Shown: piece by piece, positions 10,920 to 21,279 of the stretch
How positions within the stretch are numbered: position 1 is the stretch's first letter
How the letters are laid out: each line of letters opens with the position of its first letter
Source: an uncultured virus (IMG/VR IMGVR_UViG_3300032331_002637)
Taxonomy: Duplodnaviria > Heunggongvirae > Uroviricota > Caudoviricetes
IMG/VR virus record: IMGVR_UViG_3300032331_002637
Location: 62,001 to 119,756 of that record
Direction: 5' to 3' (one strand)
DNA length: 57,756 nucleotides
The notes under the pieces: generated by a model
What the model saw: only the letters and a program-made list of their open reading frames with translations
What the model was told of the DNA's origin: nothing
Database searches by the model: none
Made by a program: the position numbers and the translations under genes

Positions 10920-11574
10920 GAGAATAGTCGGTGTCGATTTTTCGTTGAACTCTCCTGGGTTTTGTATACTAACAAATGATAGCTGTAAATGGATAAGTCT
11001 TCATAGAACAACTAACATCATAGATAAGATGCTTAAAAAAGAGGGATCTCCTTTTAAAGTTCTCAATGATAATGGGAGTGTCTCAATAAATATTATTTCC
11101 AAGAAAGAATTTACTGGAGAATATCACGAGAAGGAAAGACAGAAGATTTTAAACGCTGTTTATTTTTCTGAAGTTGCTTTGGATCTTTTATCCCCATATC
11201 TCGACGAGAACACTATAGTGGGTATGGAAGGTTTATCTTTTGGATCTAATGGTAATTCACTTATAGATATTTCTATGACAACCGCTCTAATTAGAGCTGG
11301 TGTAGTTAAGAAAATAAATCCTGATAATTTCTATGTGATCTCTCCGACTACACTTAAGAAATTTGCAGTAAAAGGAAATGCTAAGAAAGATGAGCTTTAT
11401 TGTAAGCTTATAGAAGACAGAATATCTGAGGACAGATTAAAACCACTTTTGAATGTTTTGAAAGAATATAAGGATTTATGGATCAAAGGAGCAGGTAAGG
11501 TTGAGAACCCTTGTTCCGATATAATTGATGCAACATGGATCTGTTTGTTTATTGAAGAGAATTTTTTAAAATAA
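10897..11574 (+). CDS. RuvC-like Holliday junction resolvase
   Basis: RNase H-fold motifs IVGVDFSLNSPG, VGMEGLSFG, PTTLKKFAVKGNAKKDEL and DIIDA. Confidence 0.8.
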   Translation: MLNLKSDKRIVGVDFSLNSPGFCILTNDSCKWISLHRTTNIIDKMLKKEGSPFKVLNDNGSVSINIISKKEFTGEYHEKERQKILNAVYFSEVALDLLSPYLDENTIVGMEGLSFGSNGNSLIDISMTTALIRAGVVKKINPDNFYVISPTTLKKFAVKGNAKKDELYCKLIEDRISEDRLKPLLNVLKEYKDLWIKGAGKVENPCSDIIDATWICLFIEENFLK

Positions 11575-11579
11575 AATAT

Positions 11580-12278
11580 ATGCTTAATATATGCAAAATA
11601 TGTATTATTGAAAAACCTATTGATCAATTCTATAATATAAATAAGTATAGTAATTCTACATGTAAGGAATGTATAAAATCTGCAAAATCGTTAAAATATA
11701 TGAATAGCGTAATAAGGGATTATAAAAAGAATAATAGGATATTAAAAGAAAGGAAGGAATTAATAGAATGTGCATATTCTATTTTTGGAGATCTTTATAT
11801 GTATAATGAGATAGAATATAAAGGATCATTAAATAAGGTAAATATTCATTGTAAAAATCATGGAGATTTTTTAATAAGACCTAGAGATTTAAAAAATGGA
11901 CATGGATGTCCAAAATGTGGAAATATTAGAAAGGGATATAGCAGAAATAGATTTTTAGATAATAATAATATTTCTTATTTTTATATATTATTATGTAAAA
12001 ATCATAACGAATCATTTGTAAAAATAGGAATAACTAAAAATAATATTAAAAATAGATACAGCTCAAATAAATCTATGCCGTATGACTTTTTCATATATAA
12101 AATAATAGAAGGAGATCCTACTGAAATATTTGATACAGAGAAGGAATTAAAAATAATGCTTAAACAATTTCAATATTTTCCGTCAATTATTTTTTGTGGA
12201 TCAAAAACTGAATGCTTCAATAATAATTCATTAGAAATATTATCTAAAGTCGAAACATTCACTAGATTTGAGGTATAA
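11580..12278 (+). mobile_element. Free-standing homing endonuclease-like gene (Zn modules plus GIY-YIG-like nuclease)
   Basis: CxxC pairs and CKNHGDFLIRPRDLKNGHGCPKC zinc module; GIY-YIG-like YFYILL...FVKIGIT...NRY...E. Visibly more AT-rich than its neighbours and inserted between the resolvase and ssb genes. Confidence 0.7.
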
Positions 12279-12279
12279 C
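12252..12279 (+). promoter_or_regulatory. Putative early/middle promoter GAAAC-N17-TATAAC
   Basis: The same bipartite motif recurs upstream of the pol, nrdA, GT, both topo and 54111 genes. Confidence 0.55.
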
Positions 12280-12313
12280 ATGTATAAATTATTAAAATAA
12301 ATTAGAAAAAATT

Positions 12314-13294
12314 ATGGAAAATTACAGAGAAAATCAGGATTTTGACATCTTTAATCTTGACAACGAATCGTTTGTTAAGCAGGAAATTAAAACAAAAGAC
12401 GATGATGAGTTTATTTATAAACCTTATCCCGAATTAGGAAAAGACGGAGTGTATAAATCTTTAATTAGATTCTTACCCAACATCACAAATCCTAAAAAAT
12501 CTAAAATTCACCAATATTATGTTTGGCTGAAAGACCCAGTAGACGGAGCAAATCACAAAGCTATTTGTCCATCTACAGTGGGAAAAAAATCAATACTTAA
12601 AGATCTTTTTTGGAAGCTTAAAAATTCTGCTTCTGCTAAAGATCAGGATTTATCTAAATCATTCTCTAGAAAAGAAGATTTTTATTCTTTAATTCAAGTA
12701 GTTAAAGATGCAAATCGACCAGACTTGGAAGGTAAAATTATGATATTCAAATTCGGTAGAAAGGTTAACGATATGATCGAGCAACAAATCAAACCAGAAT
12801 TCGGAAATCCTTCAAATCCTTATGACTTATTCGAAGGTAAAAACTTCGGTCTTCAAGTGAGAAAAGTTGGAGAATGGAACAACTATGATCTTTGTCAATT
12901 TGTAGGAGATAAAATGGCTTTAATTATTGATGGAGTATCAGTAGAAAGATCTGAAGAAGGTAGAGAGATGGTTACAAACTTTCTTAAGACTGGCCCTTTA
13001 GATATAGAAAAATATGATTATTCTGACTGGGACGATGAAGAGAATGAAAAAATTATGAGAATTATTAGAAACACAATTCCTGACGGAAGAATGGTTTCTG
13101 AGATTATCGGAACTAGTTCAGATTCTAAACCAGTAAGTACAACTGCTTCTGTAGATTCATTCTACGAAGATGCTAATAGCAGAACATCAACCCAAGAATC
13201 TAATGATACAGAGGATGAAGCTCCTGCTAAACCTGCTAAAGCACCAGCTAAAAAATCTGCACCATCTTTGGATGATCTTTATAACGATCTATAA
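12314..13294 (+). CDS. Single-stranded DNA-binding protein, T4 gp32-like
   Basis: IRFLP, YSLIQVVKD...EGKIMIFKFG, NPYDLFEGKNF and NYD motifs; acidic tail ending LDDLYNDL. Confidence 0.88.
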   Translation: MENYRENQDFDIFNLDNESFVKQEIKTKDDDEFIYKPYPELGKDGVYKSLIRFLPNITNPKKSKIHQYYVWLKDPVDGANHKAICPSTVGKKSILKDLFWKLKNSASAKDQDLSKSFSRKEDFYSLIQVVKDANRPDLEGKIMIFKFGRKVNDMIEQQIKPEFGNPSNPYDLFEGKNFGLQVRKVGEWNNYDLCQFVGDKMALIIDGVSVERSEEGREMVTNFLKTGPLDIEKYDYSDWDDEENEKIMRIIRNTIPDGRMVSEIIGTSSDSKPVSTTASVDSFYEDANSRTSTQESNDTEDEAPAKPAKAPAKKSAPSLDDLYNDL

Positions 13295-13307
13295 ATAATG
13301 GATTGTT

Positions 13308-14381
13308 ATGGAAACAAAGGATATAAGTGTCCTATCAGTAGATAGGGTTAAAGGAATAGTTAATTCTGCTTTACTTAAGTTCTTTGGTAATGATCCTCAA
13401 AGATTAAAAATCTATCAAGGGGGCAACAGACTAAACTTCTGTTGCCCTTATTGTGGAGACTCCAAAGACGCTAAGAAAAAAAGAGGAAATCTTTATGTCG
13501 ATACATTAACATATAAATGTTATAATGGTGGATGTGCGGTCTTCAAAAATCTAAATCAATTTACTAGAGATTTTGAAATCAACGGAATGCTTTCCACTGA
13601 TGAAATTGCAGAGATAGCAGAGATATCTAGAAATTCGACTATAAGGAAAAAAATAAGAAATTCTTTAGATTACTTTTTTTCTGAAAATTACAAAGATATA
13701 CTTGTTGGTAGAGAGGAATTTAAACATGCATTAAATCTTCTAGAAGTGAAAGGAACATACGGAGAGAAATGGTTAATCGAAAGAAATCATGTACCAGATA
13801 ATAAATTCCTATGGGATCCTAAAAGAAGGAACTTATATCTCCTTAATCTATCCGGAGATGAAACAAAGATACTTGGTCTACAGATTAGGCCTATAGTAAA
13901 AAAGAATAGTGGAAGTAAATACTACACTTACAAGCTTAGTGGCATTTACAAAAATCTCCTAAAAGAAACAAACCCTGAAATTATATTAAAAGCCGAAGAA
14001 GTTGATCCAATATCTAGCGTTTTTGGATTCTCTACTGTGGATCTAGATTCAATGATAACAACTTTTGAAGGTCCTTTAGATGCTTGGCTTTGTCCTAATG
14101 CAATAGCATTATGTTCTATAAATAATCCTTTTCCTTTTGATGTAACAAACAAAAGATGGTTATTAGATAGCGATGAGGTTGGGAGACAAAAAGCCAGAGA
14201 ATTTTTGGAAGCGGGCGAGGAAGTTTTTCTATGGGGAAAATTTATAAAAGAATGTGAATTACCAGAAAGGGATAAATGGGATTTAAACGATGTGGTTAAT
14301 TATGTAAGATCCACAGGAAAGAAGATCAAAAGATTAGATAATTACTTTTCTGTTGATAAATGGGATATTATAGATATATGA
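13308..14381 (+). CDS. DNA primase, T4 gp61-like
   Basis: Zn ribbon CPYCGDS...YKCYNGGC; TOPRIM motifs FEGPLDA, LDSDEVG and WDLND. Confidence 0.88.
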   Translation: METKDISVLSVDRVKGIVNSALLKFFGNDPQRLKIYQGGNRLNFCCPYCGDSKDAKKKRGNLYVDTLTYKCYNGGCAVFKNLNQFTRDFEINGMLSTDEIAEIAEISRNSTIRKKIRNSLDYFFSENYKDILVGREEFKHALNLLEVKGTYGEKWLIERNHVPDNKFLWDPKRRNLYLLNLSGDETKILGLQIRPIVKKNSGSKYYTYKLSGIYKNLLKETNPEIILKAEEVDPISSVFGFSTVDLDSMITTFEGPLDAWLCPNAIALCSINNPFPFDVTNKRWLLDSDEVGRQKAREFLEAGEEVFLWGKFIKECELPERDKWDLNDVVNYVRSTGKKIKRLDNYFSVDKWDIIDI

Positions 14382-14563
14382 AATATAAAAAGAACAACAA
14401 CAAATTTAAGTTCCCTGTAGATATAAAAGGTGATTTAGATGTTCCCGATTTTGATATATCTGATAATTTTTCCACAGAGATAGTAAAGAATAAGATAGAC
14501 TCGGAAGTTAAAGAGATATCAAAAAATAAGAAAAAGAAATGTCAGAGCAACAACCTAATGTAG
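14360..14563 (+). CDS. Hypothetical protein
   Basis: Fills the primase-UvsY gap. The true start is probably the ATG at 14378 overlapping the primase stop. Confidence 0.45.
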   Translation: MGYYRYMKYKKNNNKFKFPVDIKGDLDVPDFDISDNFSTEIVKNKIDSEVKEISKNKKKKCQSNNLM

Positions 14564-15006
14564 AGAAGAAAGATTTCGATAAAGGATTTCAAATAGAAAG
14601 AGAAGAATGGACAGAAAAAATTAGAGAACTTTCTATTAGAATGAAAAATATTAGAGAACTTGCAGATGTGCAGGTAGATCTTTATTATAATAGACAGATA
14701 TTATTAGAATACTCTGCTAAGTTGGGTCAGGTAATGAGCAAGCTTAATGCTAAATTTAGAAAAGATAAGTCTAATAGATTAAAATACTATTCTGAAATGT
14801 CTCAAGTAAAATATGGGGCTAATGAAAAAACCCCTTTAATAGAAGGGGATCTTTCTGAATTAAAAGAAAGAATGGATCTTGTTGATGGACAAATATCTTT
14901 CCTTAACGAGACTATGAAAACTGTCGATCACATGCTTTATGGTGTGAAATCAAGAATATCTTTAGAGGAATATTTAAGATCAGGAGCGGTTAAAAATAAC
15001 TATTAA
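14539..15006 (+). CDS. uvsY: Recombination mediator, UvsY-like
   Basis: Helical 155-aa protein (LKYY...EKTPLIEGDL...ISFLNETMK) immediately upstream of UvsW, the T4-like gene order. Confidence 0.65.
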   Translation: MSEQQPNVEKKDFDKGFQIEREEWTEKIRELSIRMKNIRELADVQVDLYYNRQILLEYSAKLGQVMSKLNAKFRKDKSNRLKYYSEMSQVKYGANEKTPLIEGDLSELKERMDLVDGQISFLNETMKTVDHMLYGVKSRISLEEYLRSGAVKNNY

Positions 15007-15008
15007 TA

Positions 15009-16550
15009 ATGTTAAAATTTGTAGTAAGTGAAGATAGAAATTGGTTAAGTCTTATAGATTACGAAGAGGAATTTGAAAGAAAACAGATTGATATATCTTT
15101 AACTAGAAAAATACATAATCATTATTTTCATCCATTAGTTAAGAAAAAACATTGGGACGGAGCAATATGCTTTGTTGATAAAAGGCTACCTATTTGGAGA
15201 GTGCCTTCTGGACTTTGGTCTGAGGTATACCAGATATGCGAAAAATATAAAATAGAGGTAGAAATAAACGGACTAGAAAGAATCATCGATAATTCTTTTA
15301 CCTTAGAAAAATACACTGAATGGTGTAATAAATTCTTTAAGGGGGGTGTCGGAGGGGATCCTGAAAAAATGCCTAGGGATTACCAAATAGAAACAGCATG
15401 GAAGATTATAAAATTTAAACTTTCTGTTTCCGAGGTAGCAACAAGTTCTGGTAAGACCCTAATCGCTTTTATGGTAATGGCTTATCTTAAGGAGGTTTTA
15501 AAGGTGAAAAAATTCCTTATGGTAGTTCCTAACACCAATCTAGTTATACAAGGATCTGAAGATTTTGAAGAATATGGTCTAGAGAAATTAGAAGACTGCG
15601 AGATACAACAAATTCATGGATCTAATAAGAAAAAGATCTCTGGTGGATTAATGATAGGTACATATCAATCTTTAGTTAAAATGGATCCTGAATTTTTTGA
15701 TGACGTGGAAGCTGTATTTGTAGATGAATGTCACCAAGCTCAAAGTGCATCTATTAAAAAGGTAGTTGCATTATGTAAAGACTCTAAATGGAGATTTGGT
15801 CTATCTGGAACATTAGCTAATAAAAATACTGCAGAGTATTTAACTATACAACAATTTCTTGGACCTTTAATTATGGAGATTTCCCCAAAGTTTTTATTTG
15901 ATAACAAATATGCTACTCCTGTTTCTATTAAGATAGTTAAAATGGATTGGATGGACGAGGAAGTTAAAGAGAAGCTTGCTACATTAAAAGAAACTAAAAA
16001 TGAGATGGAGGGTAACGAGCTTTTTAATCTAGAAAGAAAGCTTGTTGTTAATTCTGACAAGAGACTTAATTATATTATAAATTTTGTTCTTAAAACATCA
16101 AAGAATTCTCTTTTACTTTTTCAATCTGTTGGCGAGGGATATGGTAAAAGAATATATGACGGAATAAGAGAAGAGTCTAATGATAGAGAGGTTTATTATA
16201 TAGACGGTGACACTGCTCCTGATAAAAGAGATATTTTCACTAAAAGAATGGAAGAAGGTATTAATAAAGTAATGGTTGCTTCTTTTGGCACTATGTCTAC
16301 TGGTATATCTGTTAAAAATATACACAATATATTTCTTATTGAATCATATAAATCTGAAGTACTGATTAAGCAGAGTTTAGGTAGGGGGATGAGACTATTT
16401 GATGGTAAAGAGAAAGTTAATATTATAGACTTTGTTGATGACTTCTCTTTTGGTGGAAAAGACAACTATTTGCTTAAACATTCTAAGGAAAGAATTGAAA
16501 TTTATAAAAAAGAGCAATTTGAATACAAGATATATGAGATCAAAATTTAG
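15009..16550 (+). CDS. uvsW: SF2 DNA helicase UvsW
   Basis: PRDYQ, ATSSGKT (motif I), DECH (II), GLSGT (III), STGIS (V), QSLGRGMR (VI). Confidence 0.92.
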   Translation: MLKFVVSEDRNWLSLIDYEEEFERKQIDISLTRKIHNHYFHPLVKKKHWDGAICFVDKRLPIWRVPSGLWSEVYQICEKYKIEVEINGLERIIDNSFTLEKYTEWCNKFFKGGVGGDPEKMPRDYQIETAWKIIKFKLSVSEVATSSGKTLIAFMVMAYLKEVLKVKKFLMVVPNTNLVIQGSEDFEEYGLEKLEDCEIQQIHGSNKKKISGGLMIGTYQSLVKMDPEFFDDVEAVFVDECHQAQSASIKKVVALCKDSKWRFGLSGTLANKNTAEYLTIQQFLGPLIMEISPKFLFDNKYATPVSIKIVKMDWMDEEVKEKLATLKETKNEMEGNELFNLERKLVVNSDKRLNYIINFVLKTSKNSLLLFQSVGEGYGKRIYDGIREESNDREVYYIDGDTAPDKRDIFTKRMEEGINKVMVASFGTMSTGISVKNIHNIFLIESYKSEVLIKQSLGRGMRLFDGKEKVNIIDFVDDFSFGGKDNYLLKHSKERIEIYKKEQFEYKIYEIKI

Positions 16551-16556
16551 AATTCG

Positions 16557-16564
16557 GATATATA
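16557..16564 (+). promoter_or_regulatory. Putative late promoter GATATATA
   Basis: Exact motif ending 20 nt upstream of ATG 16585. Confidence 0.6.
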
Positions 16565-16584
16565 AAAGAAATAATTAAATCTCA

Positions 16585-17184
16585 ATGAGAAACATTAAAG
16601 AATATAGAGATTTCTGTATTAATGAATCTGAAGAATTATTCTTTAGCAGACACTTAGGAAATAATTCTAAGACTTATAAGGATAGGGCTAAAAATCATTA
16701 CGAATTACCTGAAGATTCTAGCATATTACAAAAAACACAAAGCTTCTTTCAGAAGATGGAAGATAAACTAAATAATATCGCACAAGCAGGACAAGATATA
16801 ACAAGACAAAATAGAGCTGTTAGAGGTGGCGGTTTAAATACTGGATACGAAATGCTATTTGGCCTACCTTCTGTTATACCTGGTGTACTTAAAAGAGTGT
16901 TTGGTCCTACTAAATTTGAAATTGCTAAAAAAACACCTACTAAGGATGAAGATGTTGATGTTGAGTTCATGAGACACACAAATGAGGATTTTGCTAAAAA
17001 TGAACTACCTAACATTAAAACTGAGCAACAATTAGAAGATAATATCACCGAGCTTTATCAAAAAGCTCAGGTTAATAAAGGACAGGTACCTGCTCTAGAT
17101 GATATAGGAATGAATAGAGCTTACCTTTATTATACAAAACAAAAAAATCCTAATCAACCTATATTCCAACCAAATAACGCATAA
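16585..17184 (+). CDS. Hypothetical protein with capsid-targeting-like leader
   Basis: N-terminus MRNIKEYRDFCINE. Confidence 0.6.
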   Translation: MRNIKEYRDFCINESEELFFSRHLGNNSKTYKDRAKNHYELPEDSSILQKTQSFFQKMEDKLNNIAQAGQDITRQNRAVRGGGLNTGYEMLFGLPSVIPGVLKRVFGPTKFEIAKKTPTKDEDVDVEFMRHTNEDFAKNELPNIKTEQQLEDNITELYQKAQVNKGQVPALDDIGMNRAYLYYTKQKNPNQPIFQPNNA

Positions 17185-17188
17185 AAAA

Positions 17189-17938
17189 ATGAAAAAATTC
17201 TCTTTAGTAATAGAAAAGAAAAGACAAGACTTAAAAGAAGCAGAACTTGTAACTGAAAGAAATCAGTATTTAGATTTCTCTAAGAAGTACAATAAAGAAC
17301 ATGGTGTTTCTGGACCTTTTGATAAAAAATTCAAAGGTGATGAAAAATCACAGGAAGAGTACATGCAAGGTCTTTCAATGGCTTGGGACGAGTACAAGAA
17401 AAAGAAAGGTATTAAACCTAAATCTGATAAGAAGGATTTCGCATTCAAAAAGAAAATGAATGAGTCTAAATCTTCTGATATGGCTAAGCAGATGATCGGT
17501 GATGGCGGAGATCCTAACTATCATTTTGTTACTATGTGTGACGATTACATGTTTGAGAAAGAAGATGCTATGATGAATTATAGTAAAGAGCCAATGTCTG
17601 CTCCTTTAAAGATCAAAACCACACCGGATTTTGGAATCTATACATTCGGTCCTTTTATGAATATAGAAGAATCAAAAATGTTTGCTGAAAGCATCGAATT
17701 AGATGAGATCAACGGACCAAGAATGGTAACTATACAAGACAGAAAAAATGGTGAAGTATTCTCTAAATTCTTATCATGTAAAATGCAACCAGTTTGGGAC
17801 GAGCATATTGAAGAGCATGTAGACAGCATAGAAGACGAAGAAGACGAAGAGGAAGAAGATACTAACATGGAATACACTTATGGTGATGAAGATGAAGGTA
17901 CTGACGATGTAGTTTACGATGAGGATGAGGAGGAATAA
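17189..17938 (+). CDS. Hypothetical protein, basic N-half and very acidic C-tail
   Basis: N-terminus MKKFSLVIE; E/D-rich tail. Confidence 0.6.
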   Translation: MKKFSLVIEKKRQDLKEAELVTERNQYLDFSKKYNKEHGVSGPFDKKFKGDEKSQEEYMQGLSMAWDEYKKKKGIKPKSDKKDFAFKKKMNESKSSDMAKQMIGDGGDPNYHFVTMCDDYMFEKEDAMMNYSKEPMSAPLKIKTTPDFGIYTFGPFMNIEESKMFAESIELDEINGPRMVTIQDRKNGEVFSKFLSCKMQPVWDEHIEEHVDSIEDEEDEEEEDTNMEYTYGDEDEGTDDVVYDEDEEE

Positions 17939-17940
17939 AA

Positions 17941-18387
17941 ATGATGAATCAATTACAAAGTCAAGCTCTATATCCAGTACTGCAACACTATACTGGTGAA
18001 AAGATAACTTCAATATCTGTTCTTGATGATCATAATCTTATTTTTAATACTTTCATTGGTGATGATGGTTTTGTTAATCAGAACACAGATGGAGATTGGG
18101 AAATAATAATAGAAAACAAAATTGTCTATACAATAGAGAAGGATGTTTTTGAGGTTCTTGTAAAACCAAGTAGAAAAAGTTCATTAGAGAATTACGTTGG
18201 TATTCTTAATGATCTTTTTAATGATAAAAAAATAAGCAATAGATCAAGGATATTGGTTTTTAATATCCTCCTATTTCTAGAAGAATATATAATAAACTCA
18301 GACTTTCTTCCAAAGAAGAATTTAAGAGTTGGTCCTTTTAGTATTTTTAATTACAAGGGAAATAAATTTGTTTACTGTTTAAATTAA
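17941..18387 (+). CDS. Hypothetical protein
   Basis: 148-aa ORF tightly packed in the operon. Confidence 0.55.
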   Translation: MMNQLQSQALYPVLQHYTGEKITSISVLDDHNLIFNTFIGDDGFVNQNTDGDWEIIIENKIVYTIEKDVFEVLVKPSRKSSLENYVGILNDLFNDKKISNRSRILVFNILLFLEEYIINSDFLPKKNLRVGPFSIFNYKGNKFVYCLN

Positions 18388-18390
18388 AAA

Positions 18391-20424
18391 ATGTCTGGAA
18401 TAAAATATTTAGCCGATATCTACGAAAAAAAAGGAAAGGATTTTATAGAAAAACTTTTCAGCCAGGAACTTAGTGTTACTGAGAATCTTGACGGATCATC
18501 TTTTTCTTTCGAAAAAGATTTTACTGGGGACAATATTTCTTTTTATAAAAAAGATCAGGAAAATCCTATAACTAAAGTTGATAGGATATTAATGAGATAC
18601 TACGATAAGCCTATAAATTATATAGATTCCCTTCCGGAGTCAGTAAAAGCTGAGATACCAAAAGGATGGAGATTTGGTATGGCTTATTTTCCTAATACAA
18701 AGCCAGTAAGAATTGAATATGAAAGACTTCCAAAAAATCATTTAATTCTAACACATATTCTTGTAAGGGACGAATTTGGCGAAACCACAAGAACTATACA
18801 GGAGAAAGACGAACTAGATGAATGGGCAGATAAGCTCGGAGTAGAAAAAGCACCTATTATTTTCCAAGGAAAATTAAACGACGATCAGAAAATGTCTATT
18901 ATGGATTTTTTATCAACTCCATTAATGGATTTAAAAACACGTTTCAAGACTGAAAGTTTTTCTAAGTATCTAATATCTTTATTAAATCCAGAAATAATTA
19001 AGACCACTTTAGGTAAGGATTTACAAGGAGAGATAGACTCCTTGGTTTTTAGATTCGAGGAAGATGGTAAGGAAGATGTTGTTTTAGCTAAAATGGTTGA
19101 TCCAGTTTTTTATGAAATAACAAGAGATAGAAAAGTTACAAGGTCTTCTTACTTCCCTAGCGACATTTATTCTCTTTGTCTAATAGATATTATGAATTTC
19201 ATATTAGAAAGAGGTGTAGAGAGCTTTAGCGCAGAAGGAACTGAGCCTGAGGAGAGGTATATTAATTTTGTATTCTCCGTTTTTAAAACTTTTTCGTACG
19301 AAGAGGGAGAAAGATATATTGGTGCAGACTTTGATAAACCTGAGTATCTTAAATCTGAAAACTTTGACATTAATAAGGAACTAATAGTCGATAAAGATGT
19401 TGTTGAGTATTTAGATAAAGATGAAGTTTATTGTGATATCCTCCAAATGGTATTAAATTCATTTAGAAAATTCAAAAGAAAACCTCATGGATTTTTCACT
19501 GAGGGTCTAATAGAACAATTCAATCTTCTTGTTGAAGAGATAGCTGATTATATAAATGCTAAAAGAAAAGATAGGATAGAAGAATCTTTAGGAGTTCCCA
19601 CATTTGTTTGGTTTAAAAAAACAGGAAGTAGATTTAAAATCACTGACGATGAATCTTTAGAAGATGAAATAGATTTAGATTCTATTATAGAAAATACAGT
19701 ATTTAATGAGTCTGATCTATTATCCGAATCATTAAATGATATCAATGAAAAAGATGACGAATCTATTGAAGAATTAAAAAAATCCGAAGATGACGCATCT
19801 GAGTTCTTTTCATTTAAAGATTTTAAAAAAGTGGTATCAACTCATAAAGAGAAAAAGAAAACAAAAATATTAAACGAGGAAAACCAAAAAGTTAATTTAA
19901 TAATTGGTAAATTCCAGCCATTTAATAACGGACACCTTAAAATGTGTACAAGACTTAAAAAAGAAAATGACCTCCCCGTTTTTCTTTGTGTAGTTCATCC
20001 AGGAGGAGAAACTTCATCTAAAAAATACCCTTTTTCCGAAGAGGCTATTAAGAAGTCTATAGGATCTTTAACAGCAGAAAATGATAAATTATTTGCTGGT
20101 TATAAAATAGTTCCTACTGATCTTTTAGAAGATGCTATTAAATCTATTGCAGAGAATGTAAATCCTATATCAGTTTGTATAGGAGAGAAAGACTTCGAGA
20201 ATATGGTTTTACAAAGAGACTGGGTTAGAAATAAATACGATCTTAATGGAAATGATATTGAAATATTTAAAACTCCATATTGGTCTAATAATGAAGAGAT
20301 AAGATCGTATATACAAAATACAGATTTCCAGAAATTCAAAAATAAAGTACCTAAATCTATTGCTGTTCTTTTTAATGAGTTTGTAAAGGAAATTCAAGAA
20401 TCTTCTAATGGAGATAATATATAA
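18391..20424 (+). CDS. RNA-ligase-like domain fused to a cytidylyltransferase-like (HIGH) domain; both motifs degenerate
   Basis: VTENLDGSSF (ligase motif I KxDG with K replaced by N), APIIFQG, LAKMVD; C-terminal IIGKFQPFNNGH (usually GRFQPFHxGH). Confidence 0.6.
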   Translation: MSGIKYLADIYEKKGKDFIEKLFSQELSVTENLDGSSFSFEKDFTGDNISFYKKDQENPITKVDRILMRYYDKPINYIDSLPESVKAEIPKGWRFGMAYFPNTKPVRIEYERLPKNHLILTHILVRDEFGETTRTIQEKDELDEWADKLGVEKAPIIFQGKLNDDQKMSIMDFLSTPLMDLKTRFKTESFSKYLISLLNPEIIKTTLGKDLQGEIDSLVFRFEEDGKEDVVLAKMVDPVFYEITRDRKVTRSSYFPSDIYSLCLIDIMNFILERGVESFSAEGTEPEERYINFVFSVFKTFSYEEGERYIGADFDKPEYLKSENFDINKELIVDKDVVEYLDKDEVYCDILQMVLNSFRKFKRKPHGFFTEGLIEQFNLLVEEIADYINAKRKDRIEESLGVPTFVWFKKTGSRFKITDDESLEDEIDLDSIIENTVFNESDLLSESLNDINEKDDESIEELKKSEDDASEFFSFKDFKKVVSTHKEKKKTKILNEENQKVNLIIGKFQPFNNGHLKMCTRLKKENDLPVFLCVVHPGGETSSKKYPFSEEAIKKSIGSLTAENDKLFAGYKIVPTDLLEDAIKSIAENVNPISVCIGEKDFENMVLQRDWVRNKYDLNGNDIEIFKTPYWSNNEEIRSYIQNTDFQKFKNKVPKSIAVLFNEFVKEIQESSNGDNI

Positions 20425-20433
20425 TTAAAAAAA

Positions 20434-21270
20434 ATGAAGAAGATATTAAGCTTTAAAGATTTTTCACTATACGAATATCAAAAATTTGACAACTCACTAT
20501 ACAATAAAATTAACGAAGCTACATTTATGGACGAGGTGGAGAAAAGAAAATATGATCCAGTAGCTTTCAAAAAAATGAGAGCTGCAGTTTTCTTTCTAAA
20601 CGCACAATATCCTTTCTTTGGAGGTCTTTTGTCTAGATTAATCATTAGAGAAAATAGAGGTATAAAAACAATGTGTACTGATGGAGTAAGTATTCACTAC
20701 AATCCAGGATTTGTACATGAACATACTGATGATGAAATAATGTGGGTAATAGCACACGAGGTTTTACATTGTGCTTTATTACATTTCCTAAGAATGCCAG
20801 GAAAGGATTCTAAAACAGTAAGTATATGGAATTATGCTACAGATTATGCTTTAAATCAGATGCTTACCCCTGTGGATGAATCTGATCCTAGTAATCCTAA
20901 GCCTAGCGAAAAAAGAGGAGACTCTATAGGTAAAATGCCAAAGGGTGCATTATATCCTGGATGTGGAAGAGTTCCTTATGATAAAGAATTTGCTGGATTA
21001 TCTGCTGATAGCATTTATAAGATTTTAATTAAAAATGGATTTCAACCAGATCCTGAAGATTCGCAAACTGTTAATCCTCCACCACCACCGCCACCACCAG
21101 CTCCGCCAAAGATACCTATAGTGGGAGATATTATATTCGACCCAGCTAGTGGTAACTATGGAGTGGTAAATAGTGTAGATGAAGATAATGATTCAGTGGA
21201 TTATGATCCTATACCAAAATCTAAGGTTCCTGAATATATTAGAAAAAAATACGAGCAAGACAATTTATAA
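20434..21270 (+). CDS. HExxH metallopeptidase-like protein (DUF2201 N-terminal type), triad 1
   Basis: TMCTDG, IAHEVLHCALLH, WNYATDYALN; poly-Pro linker; small C-terminal beta domain; leader MKKILSFKDFSLYE. Confidence 0.8.
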   Translation: MKKILSFKDFSLYEYQKFDNSLYNKINEATFMDEVEKRKYDPVAFKKMRAAVFFLNAQYPFFGGLLSRLIIRENRGIKTMCTDGVSIHYNPGFVHEHTDDEIMWVIAHEVLHCALLHFLRMPGKDSKTVSIWNYATDYALNQMLTPVDESDPSNPKPSEKRGDSIGKMPKGALYPGCGRVPYDKEFAGLSADSIYKILIKNGFQPDPEDSQTVNPPPPPPPPAPPKIPIVGDIIFDPASGNYGVVNSVDEDNDSVDYDPIPKSKVPEYIRKKYEQDNL

Positions 21271-21279
21271 AATCGTAAT

